A stretch of DNA of 46,976 nt from a virus (taxonomy: Duplodnaviria; Caudoviricetes), in the IMG/VR virus record IMGVR_UViG_3300036779_000030, positions 1 through 46,976 of that record. One strand, 5' to 3'. Both the position numbers and the translations under genes were made by a program. Positions 8,061-17,238 of this stretch are shown here, one piece after another; the stretch's first letter is position 1, and each line of letters starts with the position of its first letter. The notes under the pieces were generated by a model that did not search any database, was not told the DNA's origin, and saw only the letters and a program-made list of their open reading frames with translations.

Positions 8061-8320
8061 TGGAAAACAATCACGTACCCGGAGAACAGGCCATCGTGAT
8101 CACCAACCCGGCAAGCATCGAGATGGCGCGGCTAGTGGCCATACGTGGCGCGCTACGGCTCGAAGTCGCCGGAATGAGTCGCAGGGGCCGCAGTGCTCGC
8201 GTCCTAGCCAACGAAGCAATGGGCACGAACATCCGGACAAAGGCCGCGACGTACGAGGCATTCAATACATGGCTGGTCTCGCGCGGTGCTCAGGATCGCC
8301 CGTTGGGGAAGAAGGTGTAG
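8060..8320 (+). CDS. Hypothetical protein (start at MENNHVPG)
   Basis: AAAGGAG RBS and TAATG coupling. Confidence 0.75.
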   Translation: MENNHVPGEQAIVITNPASIEMARLVAIRGALRLEVAGMSRRGRSARVLANEAMGTNIRTKAATYEAFNTWLVSRGAQDRPLGKKV

Positions 8321-8325
8321 GCGTA

Positions 8326-8664
8326 ATGGGCATCAATGTTCGTGGCAATGCGAAGGCTATTGCCGAAGCATATGCCGAGCTAGTCAATACACAGGCCAAG
8401 TACCATACGGCCGAGGTCACCGTCAAGGAGTATGACAATGGCACAATATACTTCCTGAACATCAAAGGCAAGAATATATTTGCTCAGGATCTGTACGCAG
8501 TTGGCTGGCTACAGAAGAAGCCTGGACAGCAAGGACCACAAGTCAGGTTCATACACGGCCTTGCGCAAGGATACGGCAAGCGCGCAAGACAGACAATCAA
8601 TATCAGGAGTATTAGTGAACTCGACTCCTGGATCGCGATCGTCTGTAGTATTTGGGATATCTGA
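8326..8664 (+). CDS. Hypothetical protein (start at MGINVRG)
   Basis: Follows the previous stop by 5 nt. Confidence 0.7.
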   Translation: MGINVRGNAKAIAEAYAELVNTQAKYHTAEVTVKEYDNGTIYFLNIKGKNIFAQDLYAVGWLQKKPGQQGPQVRFIHGLAQGYGKRARQTINIRSISELDSWIAIVCSIWDI

Positions 8665-8666
8665 CA

Positions 8667-8876
8667 AGGCCGTAGGCGGCTCCTACGGCGCGCGGGAACC
8701 GGTACGTACCGGAATACTCCCGATCGGGGAAAACCCCGTAGCGTCCGGCTACGCCGCGCGTAGCGGGTACGGCGGGAAATCCGCGCCCGTAAACGGCTCT
8801 AGGACGAACCCTAGCGCGCCGGTAGCGGGAACCGGTAGGGTAGGTAAGCCGAGCCGTAGAGCGCTTCTACGGTCCT
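8667..8876. other. 210-bp CA/TG-free, hairpin-rich intergenic island
   Basis: No CA or TG; hairpins GCCGTAGG/CCTACGGC, CGTAGC/GCTACG, CCGTAGA/TCTACGG; weak promoter TAGCGC-N18-TAGGGT at 8812-8841. Confidence 0.85.
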
Positions 8877-8894
8877 GACAGGAAGGCGAGCAAT

Positions 8895-9215
8895 ATGTTC
8901 TATGTCCTCGTAAAGTTCAAGAGCTATCCAGAGCCCATTATGATGGGAACCAAGAGTCTTCAGTCAACCCCGATGTTGGCAACAATGGATGACGTCGAGT
9001 GGGTGTCGCCGTCAATATCGAACGGCAATGCTCTAGTGTACAGGCATGAGCTTGGCGGCGATATCCTGGAAGGCGCTAATGACTACTACATCTCGGCGTA
9101 CCGGCCGAAGCCGCCAGTTCCCGCGCGGCAAGATCAGGAGGAGCTAGCCAAGCAAGCCACTAATTGGGAAACAGTCCAGATAACAGCACGCAAGTTCGGC
9201 TTTAGCGCAGAGTAG
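8895..9215 (+). CDS. Hypothetical protein
   Basis: AAGGCGA RBS. Confidence 0.75.
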   Translation: MFYVLVKFKSYPEPIMMGTKSLQSTPMLATMDDVEWVSPSISNGNALVYRHELGGDILEGANDYYISAYRPKPPVPARQDQEELAKQATNWETVQITARKFGFSAE

Positions 9216-9223
9216 GACAGGAC

Positions 9224-10183
9224 ATGGAACTCGACAAGGTACTCGACAAGATCCGCGCCCTCATCAACAAGGCGGAATCACTCGAAGCTAGTGGCGATAA
9301 GCTGGCGATGAATGAGGCTGATGCCTGTCGCAAGCGTGCTGATGAGATGATGCAGAAGTATGCCGTCGAAGAATGGCAGACTGTCCGCGCAGCACCTACG
9401 GCAGCGAAGCCTACCAGGATCAAGATCGATTTGGGAGATGGAGATAACCCATTCCTCCTTGAGATCGCGACTCTGGTCAACATCGTAGCGAAGTTCACGA
9501 AGTGCTCATCCATCTGGATGACCGGGAGCGGTTACCAGAGCTACATCCAGGAGTACGCCTGGGTATATGGGTATGAGTCGGATCTCCGGTACTTTGAAAT
9601 GTTGTTCACCGTCATCCACCTCCACATGGGCGGCGCCATCTTCCCGAAGCCAGATCCCAACAAGACCTTGGGGCAGAACGCCTATGAGCTCCACAACGCA
9701 GGCTTGAATTGGTTCGATATCGCAAAGGCGTACGGCTGGTATCAGGTACCGCCCGCACCGGGAGAGCCCAGAGATATGTACGTGAACCGCGAGACAAACG
9801 TACGGGCGAGCTGGGCCCGATCGATCGGCAGGATTAAGGCGGCCTACTCGGCTGAAGTTTCATCCCGCGCGGAAGTGCCATTGAGAATTCCTCCCTCGGG
9901 ATCAGAGACGTACCGGCGCAACGCGGCCCAGGGCTACCTGGCTCGCATCAACCAGCGGCTTCGCGAGATCTCCGGGCAGCGCGGGTCGGGCGCGGAGCTG
10001 GTGCTGGCGGACAAGAGCCAGAACATCACGGCGGCTATGGCCGAGGACTTCCCAAAGATGAAGGCAGGACTCGGCAAGAAGGTGACGTACAACCAGGCAG
10101 CATGGTCAAAGGGAGTAAGCCACGCTAATACGGCAGCCTTGAACCCGGAAGCACAAGCAGGACAACGCAAGGAACTAGGCTAG
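9224..10183 (+). CDS. DUF2786-type N-terminal domain protein
   Basis: KVLDKIRALINKAE...EADACRKRADEMMQKY matches the DUF2786 pattern. Confidence 0.75.
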   Translation: MELDKVLDKIRALINKAESLEASGDKLAMNEADACRKRADEMMQKYAVEEWQTVRAAPTAAKPTRIKIDLGDGDNPFLLEIATLVNIVAKFTKCSSIWMTGSGYQSYIQEYAWVYGYESDLRYFEMLFTVIHLHMGGAIFPKPDPNKTLGQNAYELHNAGLNWFDIAKAYGWYQVPPAPGEPRDMYVNRETNVRASWARSIGRIKAAYSAEVSSRAEVPLRIPPSGSETYRRNAAQGYLARINQRLREISGQRGSGAELVLADKSQNITAAMAEDFPKMKAGLGKKVTYNQAAWSKGVSHANTAALNPEAQAGQRKELG

Positions 10184-10200
10184 TAACACGCGACTAGGCA

Positions 10201-10338
10201 TCGCGCTAGGATCGTCCCTACCGTTCGCGCGACGCGCGGTTAGGGGTAGCCTACGTTCCGAGTTAACCGGCGCGTACGGCTTCCCTAGCCGCGCGGGAAG
10301 GGCTATAATCGAGAGAGGTAGCCGACGGAAACGGCTAC
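10201..10338 (+). promoter_or_regulatory. 138-bp CA/TG-free island with promoter TTCCCT-N17-TATAAT (10281-10309)
   Basis: No CA or TG; consensus -10; several hairpins. Confidence 0.75.
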
Positions 10339-10377
10339 TGGAAAAAGGAGGGTTACCCTCCTGAGGAGGGATACGCC

Positions 10378-10590
10378 ATGACGACATTTCTAACAGCGGT
10401 ACCGGCGTACGGCCGAGACTACAAGACGAAGACGGAAGTGCTTGCTGCCTGGAACTCTGGCTGTGACTTCCAGATTCAGAGCTACAACAGCAGTGCCTAC
10501 GTAAACAAGGACAGTGACCTTGAAGGAGTGTCCCTGACGATCAGGTACAGCAAACTGTCGAAGATCGTCCAGATCCCAAGCAAGAAGTAA
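10378..10590 (+). CDS. Hypothetical protein
   Basis: GAGGAGG RBS. Confidence 0.8.
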   Translation: MTTFLTAVPAYGRDYKTKTEVLAAWNSGCDFQIQSYNSSAYVNKDSDLEGVSLTIRYSKLSKIVQIPSKK

Positions 10591-10599
10591 GAGCGTGAT

Positions 10600-10806
10600 A
10601 TGGACTACCTTACCGAGGATGCCATCGCGAAGTTCAGAACGATGGAACATCTCCTGTTCCGTCTTGACGTAGCCGAGTACGCACTGGAGAAGGCTCTGGC
10701 CGAACAGATAGACATGAATGCGTACTTCATCGAGACAGAGAAGATCCGTACCGACTTCGAGGCAAGGCGCAAGGCGTATGTTGCTTCCCATAGATTGCCA
10801 CGCTAA
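10600..10806 (+). CDS. Hypothetical protein
   Basis: Operon packing. Confidence 0.7.
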   Translation: MDYLTEDAIAKFRTMEHLLFRLDVAEYALEKALAEQIDMNAYFIETEKIRTDFEARRKAYVASHRLPR

Positions 10807-11021
10807 TGGCACGCATATGCGAAGTCAAGATTAAGCCACTCATGATTCCGTGCGGCAATCCTACTGACATGATGTATGAGGCAACATGCTCCCTAGGGCA
10901 TATCACAATTAAGTGGGCATGTCAGGAATGTGTTGACAAACCGTACCCTACATGTGGCGCTTGTGCGAAAGAAGGCAGGAAGTACTCGCCTGTCGATTTG
11001 AAGAAAGTAGAGGAAGGCTAA
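10806..11021 (+). CDS. Cys-rich (Zn-binding) hypothetical protein
   Basis: CxxC pairs; TAATG coupling at both ends. Confidence 0.7.
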   Translation: MARICEVKIKPLMIPCGNPTDMMYEATCSLGHITIKWACQECVDKPYPTCGACAKEGRKYSPVDLKKVEEG

Positions 11022-11299
11022 TGCCAACAATGCCAATTCTGATAGCCAAACACGATGCCAGCGGTGTTTGGGACTTCGAATGCCCACTTCATGATCCGCC
11101 ATTCACGACTCGCGCGGTAAGCTCACCGCGTCACGCGCCTACCATCCTGAAGGCGCATATGGACGTACAACATCCAGGAGTATCCGTCTGGATACAGACA
11201 ATCAGCCAGTTCTCCGGAACTCACAAGCACAAGTATACCGCGCCCGAAAATGTCACGAGGACTCTGTTATGGATAGGAACATACGAGTCCGCAATGTAG
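11021..11299 (+). CDS. Hypothetical protein (start at MPTMP)
   Basis: TAATG coupling, RBS GAGGAAGG. Confidence 0.65.
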   Translation: MPTMPILIAKHDASGVWDFECPLHDPPFTTRAVSSPRHAPTILKAHMDVQHPGVSVWIQTISQFSGTHKHKYTAPENVTRTLLWIGTYESAM

Positions 11300-11442
11300 T
11301 AGTTTGCGACATCGGCCCGCATCAAGGCATGTACCGGGCGGACGTTACGGCAACTGTCTATCTCACACCGGAAGAATTGGCCGACTACTACGCCAGCGAA
11401 TTCGACATCATCATCAAGCCGAAGGAAGAGGAGATCAAGTAA
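11269..11442 (+). CDS. 57-aa hypothetical protein (MDRNIRVRN...)
   Basis: Read manually; GAGGA RBS; fills the gap and couples to the next gene by TAATG. Confidence 0.55.
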   Translation: MDRNIRVRNVVVCDIGPHQGMYRADVTATVYLTPEELADYYASEFDIIIKPKEEEIK

Positions 11443-11822
11443 TGCCCTACATTGTGACTAGTGTGAATGTTCCGGCCAAGTGGCGCACCATCTACCGGAT
11501 CACGAACGAGTATAGCAATGAGTACGTCGGCAACGTTATCATTCACGGCCGTAGGCGTAAGTGGTCATTCACCTCCGAGACCGGCACACAGCTATCGGCG
11601 AAGACATCCGCGCGACAGATTAACGGCATGAAGCAGGCTATACGCGACTACTTGCTAAAGCCATACCCGATGCCGGGAATCGAGGCCGAGACGTCAAACG
11701 CCAAAAACCCGTGGGCCGGATGGGGTGACAAGGAAGAATCTGAACCCGAGGCACCACAACAAAAGAATCTCTGGGGCGAAGAAGAAACAAGGCCAGACAA
11801 CCCAGAATGGGATTTCGAGTAA
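11442..11822 (+). CDS. Hypothetical protein with acidic tail (start at MPYIVT)
   Basis: GAGGAG RBS. Confidence 0.75.
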   Translation: MPYIVTSVNVPAKWRTIYRITNEYSNEYVGNVIIHGRRRKWSFTSETGTQLSAKTSARQINGMKQAIRDYLLKPYPMPGIEAETSNAKNPWAGWGDKEESEPEAPQQKNLWGEEETRPDNPEWDFE

Positions 11823-11963
11823 ATGCCCGAGCTAATACGAGATGTGGCAACCACTATCTTCAGTCTATGGCTTGCCTGTATCCTTAACGGACCAGAAATG
11901 GGCTTCGTCATCGTACTCGCAGCCACGCGCCCATTCGTCGAATTCGTCAATCGGTACTCATAG
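11823..11963 (+). CDS. 46-aa hydrophobic hypothetical protein
   Basis: Read manually; fills the gap exactly. Confidence 0.45.
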   Translation: MPELIRDVATTIFSLWLACILNGPEMGFVIVLAATRPFVEFVNRYS

Positions 11964-11971
11964 GAGAAACG

Positions 11972-12196
11972 ATGCCGCCAACAAGTAAGATCGGCGACCC
12001 AGTTCGCGACATGATCCGGGCGTCAGTTCAGCACCACCTACTTCCAAAAGACGAGGCACCACCCCTTCATCCAATTCCTGAAGGAGTAGTGTCCGTCGAA
12101 GCAAGAGCAATTACACCACATGGAACACGGATTACAGTCACCATGGAAACCGGCGGCCCACGTTACTTCTGGGTAAAGGTCACGGAGGAATGGTGA
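11972..12196 (+). CDS. Hypothetical protein
   Basis: AGGAG RBS. Confidence 0.75.
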   Translation: MPPTSKIGDPVRDMIRASVQHHLLPKDEAPPLHPIPEGVVSVEARAITPHGTRITVTMETGGPRYFWVKVTEEW

Positions 12197-12197
12197 G

Positions 12198-12410
12198 GTG
12201 AAACCAGGAACACGGGTGACCGTAAAACTACAAGGAAGCGATTCGCTGTTCGGCGGCAGAACTGGCACGGTAATCCCGATGAATAGTGAGCCTTGGGATG
12301 TCTGGGTGAAACTTGACAATCCTGTACCAGGTACAAACAACTACGCATTCGGGTTTATGGAAGATGAAGTTGAAGTCCTTGCGGACGATTCGACTACGCG
12401 GCCGGAGTAG
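12198..12410 (+). CDS. Small KOW/SH3-like hypothetical protein
   Basis: PGTRVTV...GRTGTV...VWVKLD pattern. Confidence 0.65.
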   Translation: MKPGTRVTVKLQGSDSLFGGRTGTVIPMNSEPWDVWVKLDNPVPGTNNYAFGFMEDEVEVLADDSTTRPE

Positions 12411-12418
12411 GCTATACT
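12390..12418 (+). promoter_or_regulatory. Promoter TCGACT-N17-TATACT
   Basis: CA/TG-free patch; upstream of the operon containing the glycosyltransferase. Confidence 0.75.
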
Positions 12419-12465
12419 CGGCTTAGGCGGTAAAGAGCCGTCGAAGAGTAGATATGGAATAGAAC

Positions 12466-13077
12466 GTGGCTATCAAGTGTGGCAAGGGTCACCAGCACGA
12501 GACGATCGCGGAAGTGCGCGCCTGCTATGGCGTGACGGAGCCGAACCTAAATAAGCACCGGCCGAACAAGTACGCAGGCCCATGCGCGCGGTGCGGCTTC
12601 GACGTTCCGGCCGAGACCGGCCAGATCTCCAAGAACAACGATGGCAAGTGGGTAGCTTCCCACCTCCTAGGAGAATGCCCCACAAAGGCGGATGCTCAGG
12701 CCCAAGGTTCATGGCCAAAGCTCGAAGCCCCAAAGTTCCAGGACGCCGATTACTCCGAGATCCCGCGCGGCCACTATGCGACCGTCAGCCGATCCGGCCG
12801 GAATGACTTCGACTTCTGGCGGGTCGATCGCCCCGACAGCGGCACCTACGCCGGGCGTACGTTCGTAAAGCGCATCGTCGGCGGCAAGCCAGACCTGAAC
12901 GTCTCAAAGGCGACCAAGATAGCCGCCCTGGAAGCTATCCTCAAGGAAGGTATTGAGGAGACTGGTTTCCGGTACGGTCAGGAACTCGGCAACTGTCGTC
13001 ACTGTAATCGTCACCTTACTGACGAACTGAGCCGCTCACTCAGCGCCGGTCCCGAGTGCCGCGCTAAGAAGGGGTAG
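12466..13077 (+). CDS. Zn-finger protein with DUF6011-type C-terminus
   Basis: GNCRHCNRHLTDELSRSLSAGPEC motif. Confidence 0.75.
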   Translation: MAIKCGKGHQHETIAEVRACYGVTEPNLNKHRPNKYAGPCARCGFDVPAETGQISKNNDGKWVASHLLGECPTKADAQAQGSWPKLEAPKFQDADYSEIPRGHYATVSRSGRNDFDFWRVDRPDSGTYAGRTFVKRIVGGKPDLNVSKATKIAALEAILKEGIEETGFRYGQELGNCRHCNRHLTDELSRSLSAGPECRAKKG

Positions 13078-13079
13078 TC

Positions 13080-13910
13080 ATGGATGTCGTCTATATCCCA
13101 ACTTTGAGCCGCACAGACATGCTCAAGAAGACCGTGCCACAATGGATCGATCAAGGTCTTCAGATACGGCTCGTGGTCGACCGCGCCGAGTTCAGCATAC
13201 ATGATAAGCTAAAGAGGGCAGAGGATTGGGGTAGGGATGTCTACATCTTGCCTCTCCCACTCTCCGGACGCGGTATGGGTTACGCGAGAAACTTCATCGT
13301 ACAGCACGCAAAGAAGACATCCCTCGTCTCAATCATCATGAGCGATGACGATGTCCACATACACACGAACTCGAACGCAAGCCTCCTCCTAGAAGAGGCA
13401 GAGAAGCCAGGAGTCCTCGGAGTCGGCGCAATCAGATCCCTTCATGACAGATTCACGAATGGCGCGATCTCCAAGAACCACGGCGCTATCCTGTGTCCTG
13501 GCGGATGGGGGTTCACCATCCACGGACTCAACATCGAGACCGCGCTTGCTTGCGGAAACTTTGACCCGAAGCTACATTCATTCGGAGAGGACGCCGAGCT
13601 GGCGCGGATGGGAATCATCAGAGGTATTCCGTGGCGCGTACACTGCGATGTCGAATTCGTATCACTCAACAAGCGGCTCGATCCCGGAGGGTTCTCGGCA
13701 AAATACCAAACACTAGAAGCACGACTAACAGCAGAATTGGAATGCCGGAAGATCATCCACAGAAAGTGGCCCAACTATACTTCCATCCCGGAAAAGAAGC
13801 CGCGTGTGGCATGGCAGAAACTCCTGAATGACTACATACCTAACTGGAAGGAAGCATCCGCAATTCACGGCGGATCTCTCGATCGACTGGAGATGACAGG
13901 TGGCGTATAA
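13080..13910 (+). CDS. GT-A fold glycosyltransferase (TET-associated/GREB1-like, candidate DNA glycosyltransferase)
   Basis: VYIPTLSR, ARNFIV, IIMSDDD (DxD), GEDAEL and PGG motifs. Confidence 0.75.
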   Translation: MDVVYIPTLSRTDMLKKTVPQWIDQGLQIRLVVDRAEFSIHDKLKRAEDWGRDVYILPLPLSGRGMGYARNFIVQHAKKTSLVSIIMSDDDVHIHTNSNASLLLEEAEKPGVLGVGAIRSLHDRFTNGAISKNHGAILCPGGWGFTIHGLNIETALACGNFDPKLHSFGEDAELARMGIIRGIPWRVHCDVEFVSLNKRLDPGGFSAKYQTLEARLTAELECRKIIHRKWPNYTSIPEKKPRVAWQKLLNDYIPNWKEASAIHGGSLDRLEMTGGV

Positions 13911-14274
13911 ACCAGTTGCCCACATGCGTGAGTCGAACAAGACTCTCTCACTGCTGAACGGCGAGTCGAAACCATCCGGAACAAAGAACAAACTTCCAAA
14001 GTACTCCAAACTCATCCATAAAGTTTACGGTGTTGACATCAACGGATTCGTAATCACCGTCGTAGTCATCGAATGCATGGGTACTCGTAGCAGGCATAAA
14101 GAATTCTATGCTATCCAGTACAGGGAAGTAAACCGAGTCATCGACCAGAACAGCAAGATGATTCGGCAATTCAGCGGTATCGACGCGCGCCTACGGATGG
14201 ACGATGAAATGGTGAGTGTACTCTCCCTACTTGAGGGAAGCCGGATCGCAGCAGAAATGAGGGGTAATGCCTAG
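13900..14274 (+). CDS. Hypothetical protein
   Basis: GGAG RBS, short overlap with the previous gene. Confidence 0.65.
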   Translation: MAYKPVAHMRESNKTLSLLNGESKPSGTKNKLPKYSKLIHKVYGVDINGFVITVVVIECMGTRSRHKEFYAIQYREVNRVIDQNSKMIRQFSGIDARLRMDDEMVSVLSLLEGSRIAAEMRGNA

Positions 14275-14434
14275 AAGTGTGTTGATGCTCATAACCGTAT
14301 CCGACATAGGACACATGACGGTCGACGTACGTGGACCGGTCAAGGACAAAGATGGCATCCTCCAGATCCTCGAATCCGCGCGAGAACTCGTAGAACAAGG
14401 CAACTTCAGATCAGGACCGGGAAGGACATCATAA
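14267..14434 (+). CDS. 55-aa hypothetical protein (MPRSVLML...)
   Basis: Read manually; GAGGGG RBS; TAATG coupling to the next gene. Confidence 0.55.
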   Translation: MPRSVLMLITVSDIGHMTVDVRGPVKDKDGILQILESARELVEQGNFRSGPGRTS

Positions 14435-14757
14435 TGGCAAAAAGCAGCCCCGACATCACCGGGGAACGTCGGCTCGCGTACGAGATCAGAAACAAACGTG
14501 ATACGATCTTGTTCGCACTCGACAATCGTGACGCACACCCAAGTACCGCGCGGATCACGGACATACGACGCGAACTGTCTGTTCTACAGGGTATGGTCTG
14601 GGCATACCTATACGCAACCGAGAAATGGACGCATAACACACACCTCGAACTTACGGTATATACCAACGATATGGCTATGCTCTGGCTTAGCGTTGACCTT
14701 CTCAAGATGCGTAACCGGGCGTACGGAAAGCCAAAAACCAAGTCTGCACAAAATTAG
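14434..14757 (+). CDS. Hypothetical protein
   Basis: AAGGA RBS. Confidence 0.7.
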   Translation: MAKSSPDITGERRLAYEIRNKRDTILFALDNRDAHPSTARITDIRRELSVLQGMVWAYLYATEKWTHNTHLELTVYTNDMAMLWLSVDLLKMRNRAYGKPKTKSAQN

Positions 14758-14783
14758 CTTTCGAGCGGTCGGTAGGGTATACT
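14755..14783 (+). promoter_or_regulatory. Promoter TAGCTT-N17-TATACT, probably leaderless
   Basis: ATG at 14791 lies 7 nt after the -10 box; CA/TG-free apart from the ATG. Confidence 0.75.
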
Positions 14784-14790
14784 AGGGGTT

Positions 14791-16737
14791 ATGAAGGCGA
14801 TCGTAACGACGGACGGTAAGCGCGTCCTTGCGAAGATAGATTATGCCGGGGGCAAAGGCCCTCGGGCAGCCAAGAATGTTCCCGGCGCTCGCGCGGACTG
14901 GGACAAATCGGTAACTCCAAACATATTCCTCGGATGGTCGTACCCGCTGACGATGGATACCTGTCGGGCACTCCGTAAGGAATTCGGCGATGAGCTAGAG
15001 ATTATGCCTCGCCTAATTGAATGGGCTCGCGCGGCTGTCGCCAAGGAAAATCAACTCGAAGACATTCGCGAGGAAAAGATCCATAGCGTCACCTTTCCGC
15101 GCGTCGAACAGGAAGCACCGGCGCTCCTCGCGGCGATGCGGAATCGCAAATACCAGCTAGTTGGATCGGCCTTCATACTCGCCGGTAAGCACGTAATCCT
15201 TGGTGATGATCCCGGCCTAGGCAAGACGCTTCAGGCACTAGCGGCCCTGATCGAGAATGATGCCAAGGAGATCCTTGTCGCCTGTAGGCGTACCGCTACC
15301 CGTACCGTATGGGAACGTGAGACGATGCGCTGGGCACCAGGAATCGCAACGTTCGTCGCTCAGGGGAATCACGCTGAGCGCGAAGCGGTAATGAATGACT
15401 TTGCCGATCACTCGGTAGAGATACCCGGTACCCGGAAGATGCTGATCATCAACATCGAGATGGTCCAGGCTAAGCGAACGGAAATCTGCCCATCAAGTCC
15501 GGACGGTATATGCCCATTTGGAGACGGCCGTCCTCCGTACGGACACGAGAAGCATATATACAAAGCAACTCCGAAATGGCCATTCCTTATGGAACGTGAA
15601 TGGGATGCGATCATCTTCGATGAGAGCCATAATCTTCTGGCCAGTACCGCTAATATTCAGAGCAAGCGCATAACACAGGCTAGGTTCGGCGCGGTACAGA
15701 TTCGCAAGAAACTTCGGCCGGGCGGCCTAGCAGTAGCGCTATCCGGCACTCCGTTCCGAAGCAAGCTTGAAAAGGGATGGGGGACGCTCAACTGGCTGGA
15801 TGGCAAGGCGTTCGGTAGCTACTGGCGATGGGCAGAGACGCACTTTGGTGTCGAAGAAGGTCGTTACGGCAAAGTTGTTGGTAACGGTAACAAAGTCCTA
15901 GAACCGCGCGACCCGGAAGCATGGGACCGAATGCTCCGGCCATACTACATCAAGAGAGAGAAGAAAGATGCGGCACCTGATCTCCCGCCAATCAACTACG
16001 CAGGAACTCCAATCGACTCCGACGATCCGAACAGTCAGTGTTACGTTCAGCTTGACATGGAGCAAGTCCAATCCCGAGCATACTGGAGTATGGAGGATCT
16101 CGCCGAGGCAACTCTTCAAGACGGCGTTCGCATCACTGCGGCAGGAGTCCTCGCCGAGATCACCCGACTCCGACAGTTCGCAACAGCCTCTCACGTAGTA
16201 GGGGAAAGCAGGCAACACCTCGTCCCGAGGATGCCGTCGAACAAGATCGAGTGGCTTACCGATTTCATCCAGGAGCGCGAGGATACCGGCGCGAAGGTAG
16301 TCGTCGCGAGCAGCTTCTCCTCCATCGTCCACCTCGCTGCGCAACAGATCAGGAACGAAACCGGCCTGGAAGTTCTGACGCTAACCGGCGATACAAGCGA
16401 CAGGGACCGCATGAATCTCGTCGCGCGGTTCCAGGACCCGAACGATTCCCTCCGGGTAGTCGTTCTGAACCGTGACGCGGGCGGGGAAAGTATAACTCTA
16501 GACGCCGCCGATGAGATGGTTGTCCTGGACATGCCATGGATATCCGACCGGGATGAACAATTGTTCTCCCGTATCCACCGCGTATCCAGGATGCATCAGG
16601 TCACGATCTACCGGCTCGTTTCCATAGGCACTATCGATCAGTGGATCGCGATGCTGAATGAAGATCAGCGCGCGGTCGTAGCTACTGCTAGTCCCAAGAA
16701 GCTCAGCGAGATGGCTATCGCAGGAAAGGAAGCATAA
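14791..16737 (+). CDS. SNF2-family (SF2) helicase/translocase
   Basis: GDDPGLGKT, IIFDESH, LSGTP, GGESITL and QLFSRIHR motifs. Confidence 0.92.
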   Translation: MKAIVTTDGKRVLAKIDYAGGKGPRAAKNVPGARADWDKSVTPNIFLGWSYPLTMDTCRALRKEFGDELEIMPRLIEWARAAVAKENQLEDIREEKIHSVTFPRVEQEAPALLAAMRNRKYQLVGSAFILAGKHVILGDDPGLGKTLQALAALIENDAKEILVACRRTATRTVWERETMRWAPGIATFVAQGNHAEREAVMNDFADHSVEIPGTRKMLIINIEMVQAKRTEICPSSPDGICPFGDGRPPYGHEKHIYKATPKWPFLMEREWDAIIFDESHNLLASTANIQSKRITQARFGAVQIRKKLRPGGLAVALSGTPFRSKLEKGWGTLNWLDGKAFGSYWRWAETHFGVEEGRYGKVVGNGNKVLEPRDPEAWDRMLRPYYIKREKKDAAPDLPPINYAGTPIDSDDPNSQCYVQLDMEQVQSRAYWSMEDLAEATLQDGVRITAAGVLAEITRLRQFATASHVVGESRQHLVPRMPSNKIEWLTDFIQEREDTGAKVVVASSFSSIVHLAAQQIRNETGLEVLTLTGDTSDRDRMNLVARFQDPNDSLRVVVLNRDAGGESITLDAADEMVVLDMPWISDRDEQLFSRIHRVSRMHQVTIYRLVSIGTIDQWIAMLNEDQRAVVATASPKKLSEMAIAGKEA

Positions 16738-16910
16738 TGACGAGCGAGCCGACCGAGTTCGATCTCGATAACAAGTGGTACGAAGCATTCGCCGATGCCG
16801 TCCATAAGACTGGCAAGAAATGGCCAGATCCCCTAACAACAGAAGAATACACGGAGTGTGAGCGTTACGCTGACTCCATCGTGCGCAGGCCAAAGGATGA
16901 CCGGGGATGA
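16737..16910 (+). CDS. 57-aa hypothetical protein (MTSEPTEF...)
   Basis: Read manually; TAATG and ATGA coupling. Confidence 0.6.
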   Translation: MTSEPTEFDLDNKWYEAFADAVHKTGKKWPDPLTTEEYTECERYADSIVRRPKDDRG

Positions 16911-17227
16911 CGAAACTTCAAATCGACTACATCATGGATGGTATCGACACGGAACTGGAAACGTTCCAGTGGTGCTATGGCGTCAACCGGGGCGACAACC
17001 GGGGAGAGGTCACCCTCGACCGCAAACAGGTTAGGCTTGTCCTAGAGGTATGGACATCCGACAATGATGCTCCGGACGATGACGAGCTGAAGCCGCTACT
17101 CGTCTCGATTGACGTCACGTACGAGGAACCGCGCGAGCAGATACGTAACCTGATCCACCAGTACATGTGCCACGAAGCCGACGAGCAGATGTGGTTCGGC
17201 GACGAACGCCCCTTCTACCCGCACTAA
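16907..17227 (+). CDS. Hypothetical protein with HExxE motif
   Basis: MCHEADEQ...FYPH; operon packing. Confidence 0.75.
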   Translation: MTKLQIDYIMDGIDTELETFQWCYGVNRGDNRGEVTLDRKQVRLVLEVWTSDNDAPDDDELKPLLVSIDVTYEEPREQIRNLIHQYMCHEADEQMWFGDERPFYPH

Positions 17228-17238
17228 CAGGAGAGCAA

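Noticed and set aside
8480-8878. 132-aa ORF crossing the 8.7-kb island
   Set aside because: Overlaps a better gene, lacks an RBS and is low-complexity; TG-free DNA lacks TGA stops, so spurious ORFs are expected
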